Notes under the pieces: model-generated
The model's database searches: none
What the model was told of the DNA's origin: nothing
What the model saw: only the letters and a program-made list of their open reading frames with translations
Translations under genes and position numbers: made by a program
Part shown: one piece after another, positions 1 through 9,570 of the stretch
Layout: every line of letters starts with the position of its first letter
Position numbering within the stretch: position 1 is the stretch's first letter
Source of the DNA: Candidatus Hadarchaeum sp.
Lineage (GTDB): Archaea; Hadarchaeota; Hadarchaeia; Hadarchaeales; Hadarchaeaceae
Length of the DNA: 35,562 nt
Direction of reading: 5' to 3'
Assembly (NCBI RefSeq): GCF_049969415.1
Contig: NZ_JBMFOX010000013.1
Coordinates: 1 to 35,562 of the forward strand

Positions 1-712
1 GGTCCATTTAAATCTTCACAAGACCTTTTCCACACCCCATGGCGGCGGCGGACCCGGAGCTGGCCCGGTGGGTGTGGTTGAAAAGCTTGAAAAGTTTCTG
101 CCGGTGCCGATTGTCGAATACGATGAAAAGCGCGGCCGTTTTTGGCTCAACTATGACCGTCCGCATTCGATAGGCAAAATCAAGTCCTTTTTTGGCAACT
201 TCGGCGTGCTGGTAAAAGCCTATGCCTACATTTTGTCGATGGGCGCGGATGGCCTGAAGGAGGCAGCTGAGGCCGCTGTCCTGAACGCCAATTATTTGAT
301 GAAAAAGCTGGCCGATGGGAAAAACTTTAGGGTTAACTATGATGGGCCCTGCAAGCATGAGGTGGTTCTCAGCGCTGAGCCGCTTAAAAAGGAAACAGGG
401 ATTACGGCCAAGGATGTGGCCAAGCGCCTTCTCGACTTCGGCGTCCATCCGCCAACTTATTATTTCCCTCCGATAGTTTCCGAGGCCCTCATGGTCGAGC
501 CAACCGAGACTGAGTCAAAGGAAGAGTTGGATAGGTTTATAGAAGCGATGAGGACCATAGCTCGGGAATCAAGAGAAAATCCAGAGCTAGTCAGATCGGC
601 ACCGACGGCAACTGCGGTCGGCAGGCTTGATGAGACAAAGGCCTCGCGTGAGCCGATTTTGTCTTGGAGAATGTATCGAAAATTAAAACAGGGAAGTCAG
701 GTTTCTATTTAA
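1..712 (+). CDS. gcvPB: Glycine dehydrogenase (decarboxylating) subunit 2, glycine cleavage P-protein beta; 5'-truncated by window
   Basis: Frame is open from position 2: [19 protein letters not shown] (PLP-lysine motif), followed by [21 protein letters not shown] and [15 protein letters not shown]. Confidence 0.95.
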   Translation, partial: VHLNLHKTFSTPHGGGGPGAGPVGVVEKLEKFLPVPIVEYDEKRGRFWLNYDRPHSIGKIKSFFGNFGVLVKAYAYILSMGADGLKEAAEAAVLNANYLMKKLADGKNFRVNYDGPCKHEVVLSAEPLKKETGITAKDVAKRLLDFGVHPPTYYFPPIVSEALMVEPTETESKEELDRFIEAMRTIARESRENPELVRSAPTATAVGRLDETKASREPILSWRMYRKLKQGSQVSI

Positions 713-1697
713 AGTGTTCATAACCGCGATCTTCCAGTTCCTCTGTGCTTTCCCCAATTTTGATGAATACTCCCTTGCCATCGACCACTTTACCGATCAC
801 GGTGGCCCTTGTTCCAACCCTATGGAGGGCAAGTTTAACACTTTCCCAGAACCTTGGTGGTGTGGTGAAAATTAATTCGAAATCCTCTCCACTGTAAAGC
901 GCGAAGTCATCAACATCGTAGCCATATTGTCGGGAGAATTTTTTGACCAAACTGTGGACAGGTATTTTTTCCCGATCGATGACAATTTTGACACCGCTTT
1001 CGCGGGACAAATGCCACAGATTGGCCGCCAGCCCGTCGGATACATCGGTGGCTGCTTTTACATGTCCACTTGCGGCCAGTATCATTCCTTCCTTTACCCG
1101 GGCATTTGGCTCCAGCTGCGCTTTCACTAGTTTTTCATATCCTCTGTGTGGAATTTTTTCCATCAAAATTTTAAGTCCGGCAGCGGCAGCACCGAGCTCT
1201 CCAGTGACCGCCAAGATATCACCTTTCCGGGCCCCAGATCTTAAGAGAATTCTGTTTTTTTTGGCGAGCCCGAAGGCAGCTCCGGCAATGGTTATTTCAT
1301 CGGCTTCATCAAGATCGCCTCCAACAACGTAGGTCCGGTACTCCTCCACCGTTTTTTCCATCCCCTTCATGATTCTGGCTGCGAATTCAAATTCAAGATC
1401 TCTCGGCATTGCAACTGAGAAAATAAGTCCTAAGGGCTCAGCACCCATCGAAGCCAAGTCACTGAGGTTGACGACCACCGACTTTCTGCCGATTTGTTCC
1501 GGTTTTATTCTTGGCGGAAAATGGCTGCTGGCGACCAGCATGTCCGTCGTAACCACTAAGCATTTTTCCCCCGGCAGGTCGATAGCCGCCGCGTCGTCGC
1601 CTATGCCGATTCTCACTGGTTTCCCTTTTCTGAAGGTTTTTTTTGCCGTTTCAATGAGGACTTTTTCGCCAACTTCATTGAGCTTCATCTCGGCCAC
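705..1697 (-). CDS. thiL: Thiamine-monophosphate kinase
   Basis: [39 protein letters not shown] and C-terminal GYEHF motifs. Confidence 0.95.
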   Translation of the reverse strand: MAEMKLNEVGEKVLIETAKKTFRKGKPVRIGIGDDAAAIDLPGEKCLVVTTDMLVASSHFPPRIKPEQIGRKSVVVNLSDLASMGAEPLGLIFSVAMPRDLEFEFAARIMKGMEKTVEEYRTYVVGGDLDEADEITIAGAAFGLAKKNRILLRSGARKGDILAVTGELGAAAAGLKILMEKIPHRGYEKLVKAQLEPNARVKEGMILAASGHVKAATDVSDGLAANLWHLSRESGVKIVIDREKIPVHSLVKKFSRQYGYDVDDFALYSGEDFELIFTTPPRFWESVKLALHRVGTRATVIGKVVDGKGVFIKIGESTEELEDRGYEHFK

Positions 1698-2054
1698 CTA
1701 AAGCAGGGGAAGTTTCCCCGTGATTTGGTCCAGCTCTTCATTCGGTGCCGGGCCGATGCCCAAAGCGGTTACCGTTCCTGGAGCAAGCTCCGTCAGTCCT
1801 GCGTCAACGACCAGCATGTTCGGGAGTCCCAATTTATCGGCTTTTTTCTTAAGTTCCAGAAGTTCGTTTTCGTTTTTTACTTTCACCACGACTTTTTTTT
1901 GGCCCTCGGAAAACCATTCGTAAAACCATTTGCGGCGTTTTTTCCTAGCTGCCTCGGCGGCCCCCACTGCACCGTGGGCCGCTTGGGCGGCAATCTTTCC
2001 CGGGCTCATCTCCAAATCAGTCCTGACTACAATAACCTGCTTGTAATTGAACAC
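1698..2054 (-). CDS. pth2: Peptidyl-tRNA hydrolase, archaeal/eukaryotic Pth2 type
   Basis: KQVIVVRTDLEMSPGKIAAQAAH, QKKVVVK, DAGLTE, GIGP; GAGGTG SD before the GTG start. Confidence 0.95.
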   Translation of the reverse strand: MFNYKQVIVVRTDLEMSPGKIAAQAAHGAVGAAEAARKKRRKWFYEWFSEGQKKVVVKVKNENELLELKKKADKLGLPNMLVVDAGLTELAPGTVTALGIGPAPNEELDQITGKLPLL

Positions 2055-2066
2055 TAGGACACCTCT

Positions 2067-2441
2067 TCAACTTGCCGCACACCCTTCAGGAAGTTTTACC
2101 TGCTGTTCTTGTTCACTTTTCCTTGCGCGGGTTTTCAAAATTTTATCCTTGTACCAAGAAAAAACGTCCGAACCGCCGCGCAAAAATGCGAGAATTGCTA
2201 AGAAAATACAGGCCATTAAAGTCGCCATGGTGAAAGAGCCGAGCGAGAGAACACTTAATCCGGGAAATGATACTACATAGCCCACAAAGGCGGCGATTAT
2301 GGCCCCCAGACCTAAGCTGGCGCCCAGCCGGGACCAGAAATCGAGGTCGCCACGTTTTGGGTAAAGCACTACTGAAAGCAGAAAACCTGGTACCATGACC
2401 AAAACCAGCCCTAGGATGACATAGCCAGCGGCTTCAAGCAT
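2067..2441 (-). CDS. Small membrane protein, DUF1616-like
   Basis: Three hydrophobic helices; the PGFLL..LYP...LD...R...SLGL pattern resembles DUF1616 N-termini; co-oriented with pth2-thiL. Confidence 0.65.
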   Translation of the reverse strand: MLEAAGYVILGLVLVMVPGFLLSVVLYPKRGDLDFWSRLGASLGLGAIIAAFVGYVVSFPGLSVLSLGSFTMATLMACIFLAILAFLRGGSDVFSWYKDKILKTRARKSEQEQQVKLPEGCAAS

Positions 2442-2496
2442 AGCTTCACTCGTTAGCGTTATCTAATTGTATCCTAAAAAATTATGAGGTAAACGA

Positions 2497-3672
2497 ATGG
2501 AAACTGATGTCGTTATAGTTGGTGCTGGTCCGGCCGGATGTTTTGCGGGCAAAATACTGGCAGAACACGGCCTCAGAGTGAAGATAGTCGAAGAACATGC
2601 TGAAGTGGGCAGGCCCGCCTGCTGCGCCGGCATCGTTGGCCTGGAAGGCATCCGAGAGCTCGGAATAAAACCAGGGAAATGGATATTGGGACGACTAAGG
2701 GGTGTTAGGATTTATCCACCCTCAAACGAGCCGGTAGAATTGACAAGGGGGAAAGTTGAAGCGGCAGTGATAAATCGGGCGAATTTTGACCTCTCGCTGG
2801 CCGAGGCCGCAATCAAAGCAGGTGCGGAGTTGTATTTGAACACCAAATGCTTGGGAGTTAACTTCGATGGCGGTCCGGTGGTAAAAACTGACCGCGGTGG
2901 GAAGCTGAAAGCCAGCGTGGTAATGGGTGCCGATGGCCCGCTTTCCGCAGTTGCCCGCAGTTTGGGGCTTTTGGTCAAGAATAGTTACATTAAATGCGCG
3001 CAGGTCGAAACCGTGGCAGATTTGGATGACGATGTCGCCGAAGTTTTTCTAGATAAAAACTTTGCCCCAGGATTTTTTGGCTGGTTGGTAAAAGCCGGCG
3101 ATGTTGCCAGACTGGGCTTGGGCACGACGACGGGAAATCCAGTTCGGCTGCTGAAAACTTTCCTTTACAAGCACCCCGTAATCTCTCGCAGAGTGGGCAA
3201 GATGCTCACCCATCAGTGTGCCAAAGTAATTCCGGAATGTATGTCCCGCAGAATTCAGGAAAAGACGGTGATCTTAGTAGGCGACGCCGCTGGACAGGTG
3301 AAGCCACTTACCGGTGGCGGTATTTATATCGGATTGTCCTGCGCCAAGATTGCGGCCGAAACGGTGATAAAAGCCTTTGATCAAGGTTCGTTCGACGAGC
3401 TCGATAATTATCCGCGGGCGGTAATGCGAAAGTTCGGTACAGAGTTCACCATTGGTGCTCGTGTAAAAAAAGTTTTTGATCGGATGTCAAATGAAGATTT
3501 AGACCTTTTGTCCGCTTTTTTAGACCAGAGTGAGGCTAGGGAGATATTGCTAAAAAATTTTGATTTTGATCACCATGAAAAACTGATTACCGCGCTGATT
3601 TCCAAGGCACCGGAAATTTTGAGAACGTTTGGGGTTAAAAAGGCCTTAAGATACCTCAAGCTTTTAACTTGA
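2497..3672 (+). CDS. Geranylgeranyl reductase family FAD-dependent oxidoreductase
   Basis: VGAGPAG dinucleotide fold, CAG, RANFD, GADG, APGFFGW, LVGDAAGQVKPLTGGGI; GAGGT SD. Confidence 0.9.
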   Translation: METDVVIVGAGPAGCFAGKILAEHGLRVKIVEEHAEVGRPACCAGIVGLEGIRELGIKPGKWILGRLRGVRIYPPSNEPVELTRGKVEAAVINRANFDLSLAEAAIKAGAELYLNTKCLGVNFDGGPVVKTDRGGKLKASVVMGADGPLSAVARSLGLLVKNSYIKCAQVETVADLDDDVAEVFLDKNFAPGFFGWLVKAGDVARLGLGTTTGNPVRLLKTFLYKHPVISRRVGKMLTHQCAKVIPECMSRRIQEKTVILVGDAAGQVKPLTGGGIYIGLSCAKIAAETVIKAFDQGSFDELDNYPRAVMRKFGTEFTIGARVKKVFDRMSNEDLDLLSAFLDQSEAREILLKNFDFDHHEKLITALISKAPEILRTFGVKKALRYLKLLT

Positions 3673-3676
3673 ACCA

Positions 3677-3684
3677 ATAAAAAA
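3677..3684 (-). terminator. U-tract terminator following the putative ncRNA
   Basis: The minus strand reads ...GUCCCCGCC-GC-UUUUUU(AU) immediately after the terminal helix. Confidence 0.45.
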
Positions 3685-3686
3685 GC

Positions 3687-3916
3687 GGCGGGGACTTGAC
3701 CCTTCCAATACTTTTCTAACGAGCTCGCGAACCTCGACCACATCGCTCGCTCGTCATTTTTTCTTGTCAGGGTCTTCTTCCCGCAGCATTTGTCCCATCC
3801 TGTTCTTCCACAGGACTTATCCGCGTCCTTCCCCGGTTTTTAGCCCGGGTTTTTACACGGATCCCCGTTGCCCGTAGGCTCCGGTTCGACCCATTCTGCG
3901 GGCTACCGTCCCCGCC
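3687..3916 (-). ncRNA. Putative ~230-nt structured non-coding RNA of unrecognised family
   Basis: 9-bp terminal helix GGCGGGGAC/GUCCCCGCC, at least 6 further nested helices, C(UACG)G tetraloop, G-U pairs that work only on the minus strand, A-rich linkers, TATA box 25 nt upstream, U-tract downstream, no credible ORF. Confidence 0.75.
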
Positions 3917-3940
3917 AAGATCTTTTATGACGTTTGCGTT

Positions 3941-3957
3941 TATTTAAGTATTTTTTG
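3941..3957 (-). promoter_or_regulatory. BRE/TATA promoter of the putative ncRNA
   Basis: Minus strand CAAAAAATA-CTTAAATA ends 25 nt before the first G of the terminal helix, the same geometry as the tRNA-Leu promoter. Confidence 0.6.
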
Positions 3958-4061
3958 AAAAATGGAGATATCTCCAATTTGGCAATAACGTCCGTTAAAT
4001 GGTTATGGCCGTTGTTTCGACAATTTTTTTTCCGTATGTGATAAAATTTTCACCGATTATA

Positions 4062-5213
4062 TTGCCGGCCAATGTTACTCCCGAGTATAAAAAGGCAGAG
4101 GAACGCTATCTTCAGGCTCGAACGCTAGAGGAGAGGATCAAAGCTACAGAAGAGATGATTCGAGTAGCGCCGAAGCATAAGGGTTCGGAGAAGCTCTTGA
4201 GGACGCTTAAGCGTCGCTTGGCAAAGCTGCGGTTGGAGCTGGAAGAAAAACGGGAGAAGAAAGTTGGTCGCGGTAGCGGGCCCAGTTTTTCGGTGAAAAA
4301 AGAGGGAGCTGCGCAAATAGCGCTGGTTGGACTACCAAACTCGGGCAAGTCAAAAATTCTGCAGGACCTTACTAGCGCTCGCGTCGAGGTCGCCGAGTAT
4401 CCATTCACGACTAGGTATCCGATTCCTGGCATGATACAGTTTGAGGATGTGCAAATACAGCTGGTTGAAGTGCCTGCAATAGTGGAGGGTTCGAGCTATG
4501 GTCGAGGCCTTGGCGCCCGGCCCTTAAGTGTTGCCCGCAACGCAGACGCCATCGCCCTTGTCGTGGACGCTTCCGATGACCCGGTTAACCATATCAAGAT
4601 TTTGCTTAGTGAACTAGACGCAGTCGGGGTCAAGCTGAATTGTAAACCACCAAAGGTCAGCATTGAAAAACGATCCAGTGGCGGCATCGAGGTCAAAGGA
4701 GCCAAACTGGTTGGGGGTGGAGAAGCGGAAATAAAGAGAATACTGCAGGAACATCGCATCCACAATGCTTTCGTGGTAATCGAGGAACCAATCACACTTG
4801 ATGAGTTCGAGGAGGCGCTTTCAGAGTCAAATGTTTATCTTCGCGGTTTTGTTTTACTGACTAAATGTGATTTGCCTAACGCCGCTGAGAAAATAGAGAT
4901 GGTCAAACGTGAGTTTGGGGATTTGCTTGATGTTATCTGCACTGGCGGTAGACCTGAGGATTTAAAGGGGAGGATTTACCAGCAACTTGATCTAATACGC
5001 GTCTACACTAAGAAACCAGATGGGAAGCCGGCCGAACGTCCCCTGGTTTTGCCCAAGGGTTCCACAGTGATGGACGTTGCTCGTTCAGTCCATAAGGACT
5101 TTGCCAAGGGGCTGAAGTTTGCCCGTGTCTGGGGTTCGACTAAGTTTCCCGGACAGCAGGTCACGAGAGACTATGTGCTTGAGGATAAGGATGTAGTCGA
5201 GCTTCATACCTGA
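4062..5213 (+). CDS. DRG/OBG-family GTPase with C-terminal TGS domain (Rbg1/DRG-like)
   Basis: Likely TTG start giving MPANVTPEY; PKHKGSE, GLPNSGKS (G1), YPFTT (G2), TKCD (G4), TGS domain ending VLEDKDVVELH. Confidence 0.9.
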   Translation: MPANVTPEYKKAEERYLQARTLEERIKATEEMIRVAPKHKGSEKLLRTLKRRLAKLRLELEEKREKKVGRGSGPSFSVKKEGAAQIALVGLPNSGKSKILQDLTSARVEVAEYPFTTRYPIPGMIQFEDVQIQLVEVPAIVEGSSYGRGLGARPLSVARNADAIALVVDASDDPVNHIKILLSELDAVGVKLNCKPPKVSIEKRSSGGIEVKGAKLVGGGEAEIKRILQEHRIHNAFVVIEEPITLDEFEEALSESNVYLRGFVLLTKCDLPNAAEKIEMVKREFGDLLDVICTGGRPEDLKGRIYQQLDLIRVYTKKPDGKPAERPLVLPKGSTVMDVARSVHKDFAKGLKFARVWGSTKFPGQQVTRDYVLEDKDVVELHT

Positions 5214-5317
5214 GCGGATTCCGTCGTCATAAAAGGTTATATATCCAGTAACACAACTTTTCAAGGCGACAGATCTATTAAATAATAAAAAAATCATGAA
5301 TTGGGAAAGGTGTAAAA

Positions 5318-5836
5318 ATGCCGTTGAGACCAGCTCGGTGTTACCGGAGATTCAGCGGCCCGGCTTACACTAGGCGTGAGTTCGTCAAGGGCGTTCCCGC
5401 AGTACGTGTGACTTTCTTTGATATGGGCAATCCAAAGGGTGAATTTGATGTGGTGATGTCGTTGGTTGTTGCCGAGGCTGGGCAGATAAGGCACAACAGC
5501 CTTGAGGCAGCACGAGTAGCTGCCAACCGTTTGCTGGAACAAAAGGCCGGCAGGGATAATTACCACTTAAAGCTCAGGGTCTATCCGCACCAAATTCTTC
5601 GGGAGAATCCAATTGTCATGGGCGCAGGTGCGGACCGAGTTTCCGATGGGATGAGAAGAGCCTTTGGAAAGCCCATCGGTACCGCCGCTAGGGTCGACGT
5701 GGGGCAGAAGCTGATTACGGTATGTTGCAAAAAAGAGTTCGCTCGTTTGGCCAAGGAGGCATTGCGCAGGGCGAACTTAAAAATCCCGTTCGAGACAAAG
5801 ATAATTGTGGAAAAAGGCCAAGAATATCTTCAGTGA
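5318..5836 (+). CDS. rpl10e: 50S ribosomal protein L10e (uL16)
   Basis: [46 protein letters not shown]. Confidence 0.97.
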   Translation: MPLRPARCYRRFSGPAYTRREFVKGVPAVRVTFFDMGNPKGEFDVVMSLVVAEAGQIRHNSLEAARVAANRLLEQKAGRDNYHLKLRVYPHQILRENPIVMGAGADRVSDGMRRAFGKPIGTAARVDVGQKLITVCCKKEFARLAKEALRRANLKIPFETKIIVEKGQEYLQ

Positions 5837-6717
5837 TCTTCATTTTTTGATCCCAGCGCGGCTAACAGCTCATAAATTATCCTCGCCGCCACAAATGAGG
5901 TTGTTCCATCGTCGTGCGGTGGAACCAGTTCCACGATATCAAAGCCCGAGATGTTGAGTTTACCCAGTTCCTTCAGAATTTTGAGAAGTTCAACTGTGGA
6001 TAGGCCGCCAGGTTCCGGAGTCGAGACCCCAGGAGCAAAAGCCGGATCCAGAACGTCGAGGTCAATTGAAAGATAAATTTTAGAGTTCTTAACGATCTCT
6101 TTCACTTCAGAAATTATTTTTCTCCGGTCTTCGATTGTTTCTTCCGCGCTATAAGCCAAGATGCCGGCTTCCTTGGCGAATTCCGCCTCCTCCTTGGAGC
6201 AGGATCTTACCCCAATCTGTATCAGTCGGTCAGCAGGTAGCCGGTCGAGAACTCTACGCATAACAGTGGCGTGGCAAATCCTGTCGCCCAAGTAGTCTTC
6301 GCGAAGGTCTCTATGTGCATCAAGGTGGATTACGACTACATCAGCAAAGGCTTGGAGAGAAAAGTAGGAAATGGTGTGTTCGCCGCCCATGATCGCAGGT
6401 ATTTTACCATCAATTAGGATTCTTTTGACAGTATTGGTAATTCTTTCCCCGGTCTGCGCCAGGTTGGCGGGAGAGACTATTATATCCCCAAGATCAGTGA
6501 TGTTTATTTTTTCAAAGACGTCAACCCCTGCGGACATAATGTAAGTTTCTAGGTTGGCTGAGGCCTCTCTTATTCTGGCAGGGGCGAATCGGTAACCCGG
6601 CCGGTAGCTTGAAGTAATGTCCACCGGTGCTCCGAAGAAGACGATTTGTGATTTTTCATATGGGAAATCAAATCCCCCAAAGCCAGGCCTCACCGGAACC
6701 AAGTCCTCAAACGACAT
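5830..6717 (-). CDS. speB: Agmatinase (ureohydrolase family)
   Basis: [25 protein letters not shown] and STPEPGG metal-binding motifs. Confidence 0.9.
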   Translation of the reverse strand: MSFEDLVPVRPGFGGFDFPYEKSQIVFFGAPVDITSSYRPGYRFAPARIREASANLETYIMSAGVDVFEKINITDLGDIIVSPANLAQTGERITNTVKRILIDGKIPAIMGGEHTISYFSLQAFADVVVIHLDAHRDLREDYLGDRICHATVMRRVLDRLPADRLIQIGVRSCSKEEAEFAKEAGILAYSAEETIEDRRKIISEVKEIVKNSKIYLSIDLDVLDPAFAPGVSTPEPGGLSTVELLKILKELGKLNISGFDIVELVPPHDDGTTSFVAARIIYELLAALGSKNEDH

Positions 6718-6806
6718 GATCGATCACATATCCCGCCGGTTGCGTTTAACATTATGGAGCAAAGATTTTTAAGCCTGATAGCACGCTTAACCTGTTGAGG
6801 GGTGGC

Positions 6807-9476
6807 ATGGCAAAAAGACTGTATTTCTTTGATGAAGGGGACGGTAGCAATAAGAGGCTGTTGGGAGGCAAGGGAGCAGGCCTATGTACTATGGCTCAGC
6901 TCGGGCTGCCGGTCCCTCCTGGGTTTGTGATTACTACTGAGGTTTGCAAGGAGTATTATGTCGCCGGTGGAAGGCTACCCGACGGGTTGATAGATGAAGT
7001 AATTGTGGCGATGAAAAAGCTTGAGAAAATGACGGGGAAAGGGTTTGGTGATCCTAGGAATCCGTTGTTGGTTTCCGTCCGTTCCGGGTCCATGTATTCA
7101 ATGCCCGGCATGATGGACACCATACTTAACCTCGGTTTGAACGACGAAACTGTGGAGGGTTTGGCCAAGCTCACGAACAACGAGAGATTTGCCTATGACG
7201 CTTATCGTCGTTTCATCCAGATGTTTGGAAAGATAGTTCTTGGCGTTGAGGGTAAGAAGTTTGAGGAGATTTTTGAGGGGCAAAAGGCGAAGGTCGGGGC
7301 CAAGTTTGATACCGATCTCAAGGCCGCTGAGCTCAAGGAGATAGTCAAAAAGTTCAAGCAGCTTGTGAAAGAGGAGACACATCATGATTTTCCCATGGAT
7401 CCAGTTAAACAGCTTGAGCTTGCTATTGGGGCAGTTTTTGCTTCGTGGCAAAACAAGCGCGCCATCGAATATCGGAGATTTTACAAGATTCCGGATGATT
7501 TGGGGACCGCGGTTAATGTCGTGACGATGGTGTTTGGAAACATCGGTGAGGACTCGGGAACCGGGGTGGCTTTCACGCGGGATCCTTCAACCGGTGAGCG
7601 CAAACTCTTCGGTGAGTTTCTCTTCAACGCGCAAGGTGAGGATGTAGTCGCCGGTATAAGGACGCCGCTTAAAATAGATGATTTGAAACGCAGATATCCG
7701 GAGATCTATGAAAAGCTGGTGGAGATAGCAGAGAAGCTGGAGCGCCATTACCGCGACATGCAAGATATTGAGTTCACTGTTGAGCGGGGCAGGCTTTACA
7801 TGCTTCAGACGCGGGCCGGCAAAAGAACTGCTCAGGCGGCGGTGAAAATAGCAGTAGACATGGTGGCTGAGGGTCTGATCACAAAAGAGGAGGCGCTGAT
7901 GCGGGTTGAACCCGGGCATATTGAGCAGCTTCTGCACAAGCAGGTTGATCCGAAGGCCCAGGTAACGGTCATAGCAAAAGGGTTGAACGCCAGCCCGGGT
8001 GCCGCTGTTGGTAAGGCGGTTTTCGATTCCGAGCGGGCCAAGGAGATGGGTAAGTCCGGTGAAAAAGTTATCCTTATACGTCCCGAGACCAGCCCGGATG
8101 ACGTTGGCGGTATCATCGCCTCTCAAGGTGTTTTGACCTCTCGGGGCGGGGTTACCAGCCACGCCGCCGTGGTGACGAGAGGGCTGGGGAAGCCGGCGGT
8201 TGTGGGTTGTGAGGCCATAAAAATCGATGTCGAGGCCCGTTCTTTTGAGGTGGACGGAACGGTGGTTAAGGAGGGGGACCTGATAACGATAAACGGAACC
8301 ACCGGAGAGGTAATCTTGGGCGAGGCCCCGCTGATTGAACCAAAGATGTCTTCCGAGCTTCAGACCATCCTTTCTTTCGCCGATGAGGTGAAAAAACTGC
8401 AAAACTGGGCCAATGCTGATTATCCAAGGGATGCCCGGAAGGCCAGAGAGCTTGGAGCTCAAGGGATTGGACTCTGCCGCACCGAGCACATGTTTTTCGA
8501 GGAGGATAGGCTGCCGCTCGTGCATGAGATGATACTGGCGCAAACTAGAGAGGAAAGAAAGAAGCCCTTAGAGAAGCTCCTCGAGATCCAGAAGAATGAC
8601 TTCAGGGAGATACTTGAGGTCATGGATGGCCTTCCAGTAATAATAAGGTTGTTGGACCCCCCCCTCCACGAGTTCCTGCCCAGATATGAGAAATTATTGG
8701 AAGAAGTCATCGAGCTCAGGCTCAGGGGATCCGATCGGGAAAAGCTCAGAAAATTGGAGGAGTTACTGAGAAGGGTTGAAGACATGCGCGAGGCCAACCC
8801 CATGATGGGACTCCGCGGCTGCAGGCTCGGCATAACCTATCCCGACATCAATGAAATGCAGGTCAGGGCGATTTTCGAGGCCGCCTGTGAGCTAAAGCGG
8901 GAAGGGAAGGACCCCAGACCGGAAATAATGATTCCGTTGGTCGGCCATGTTAACGAGCTCAAGGTCGTCAGGGAGCAGCTGGAGAAGGTTGCTCACGAGG
9001 TGATGCAAAAACACGGTGTAGATCTGAAGTATAAGTTTGGCACGATGATTGAAGTTCCCCGGGCGGCGCTTACTGCGGACGAAATCGCAGAGTACGCCGA
9101 GTTTTTCTCCTTTGGAACAAACGATTTGACCCAGATGGTCTTCGCCTATTCCCGGGACGATGCTGAAGGAGGATTTCTCTTCCAATACCTGGAGCGAGGT
9201 ATTCTTGAGGCCGATCCCTTCCAAAGGCTGGACCGCAAAGGTGTAGGGAAGCTTATGAAAATAGCGGTTGAGCTGGGTAGGGGCAAGAGGCCTGACTTGG
9301 AAATAGGCATCTGTGGAGAGCATGGTGGTGATCCCTCATCGATAGAGTTCTGCCATGAGCTGGGGTTGAACTATGTCTCCTGTTCACCTTTCAGGATACC
9401 TGTGGCCAGGCTGGCGGCCGCCCAAGCTGCTCTGAAACTAAGGGAGAGGGAAAAACAAACATACACCATAGCTTAA
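6807..9476 (+). CDS. ppdK: Pyruvate, phosphate dikinase
   Basis: LLGGKGA, VSVRSG..SMPGMMDT, GGVTSHAAVV (phospho-His), GLCRTEHM, FSFGTNDLTQ, ICGEHGG; ATG at 6807 follows a GAGGGGTGG SD. Confidence 0.97.
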   Translation: MAKRLYFFDEGDGSNKRLLGGKGAGLCTMAQLGLPVPPGFVITTEVCKEYYVAGGRLPDGLIDEVIVAMKKLEKMTGKGFGDPRNPLLVSVRSGSMYSMPGMMDTILNLGLNDETVEGLAKLTNNERFAYDAYRRFIQMFGKIVLGVEGKKFEEIFEGQKAKVGAKFDTDLKAAELKEIVKKFKQLVKEETHHDFPMDPVKQLELAIGAVFASWQNKRAIEYRRFYKIPDDLGTAVNVVTMVFGNIGEDSGTGVAFTRDPSTGERKLFGEFLFNAQGEDVVAGIRTPLKIDDLKRRYPEIYEKLVEIAEKLERHYRDMQDIEFTVERGRLYMLQTRAGKRTAQAAVKIAVDMVAEGLITKEEALMRVEPGHIEQLLHKQVDPKAQVTVIAKGLNASPGAAVGKAVFDSERAKEMGKSGEKVILIRPETSPDDVGGIIASQGVLTSRGGVTSHAAVVTRGLGKPAVVGCEAIKIDVEARSFEVDGTVVKEGDLITINGTTGEVILGEAPLIEPKMSSELQTILSFADEVKKLQNWANADYPRDARKARELGAQGIGLCRTEHMFFEEDRLPLVHEMILAQTREERKKPLEKLLEIQKNDFREILEVMDGLPVIIRLLDPPLHEFLPRYEKLLEEVIELRLRGSDREKLRKLEELLRRVEDMREANPMMGLRGCRLGITYPDINEMQVRAIFEAACELKREGKDPRPEIMIPLVGHVNELKVVREQLEKVAHEVMQKHGVDLKYKFGTMIEVPRAALTADEIAEYAEFFSFGTNDLTQMVFAYSRDDAEGGFLFQYLERGILEADPFQRLDRKGVGKLMKIAVELGRGKRPDLEIGICGEHGGDPSSIEFCHELGLNYVSCSPFRIPVARLAAAQAALKLREREKQTYTIA

Positions 9477-9570
9477 GAATAAGACTTATTTTAAATAGTG
9501 ATCCTTAGTGGTCGCTGCAGCGGAACTTTTAATTACGTTTGTAATATATTAACCCTCTGCGATTGTAAAA

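Noticed and set aside
3754-3798. 14-codon ORF MGQMLREEDPDKKK inside the RNA
   Set aside because: It overlaps paired helices, has no properly spaced SD and its length is expected by chance.
3687-3916. RNase P RNA, SRP RNA, tmRNA or cobalamin riboswitch identity
   Set aside because: No CR-I/CR-V P4 elements, no SRP helix-8 motif, no T-arm/CCA end, and only a partial GGGAAGG resemblance without a B12 box or a co-oriented gene directly downstream. A very divergent member cannot be excluded without a covariance-model search.
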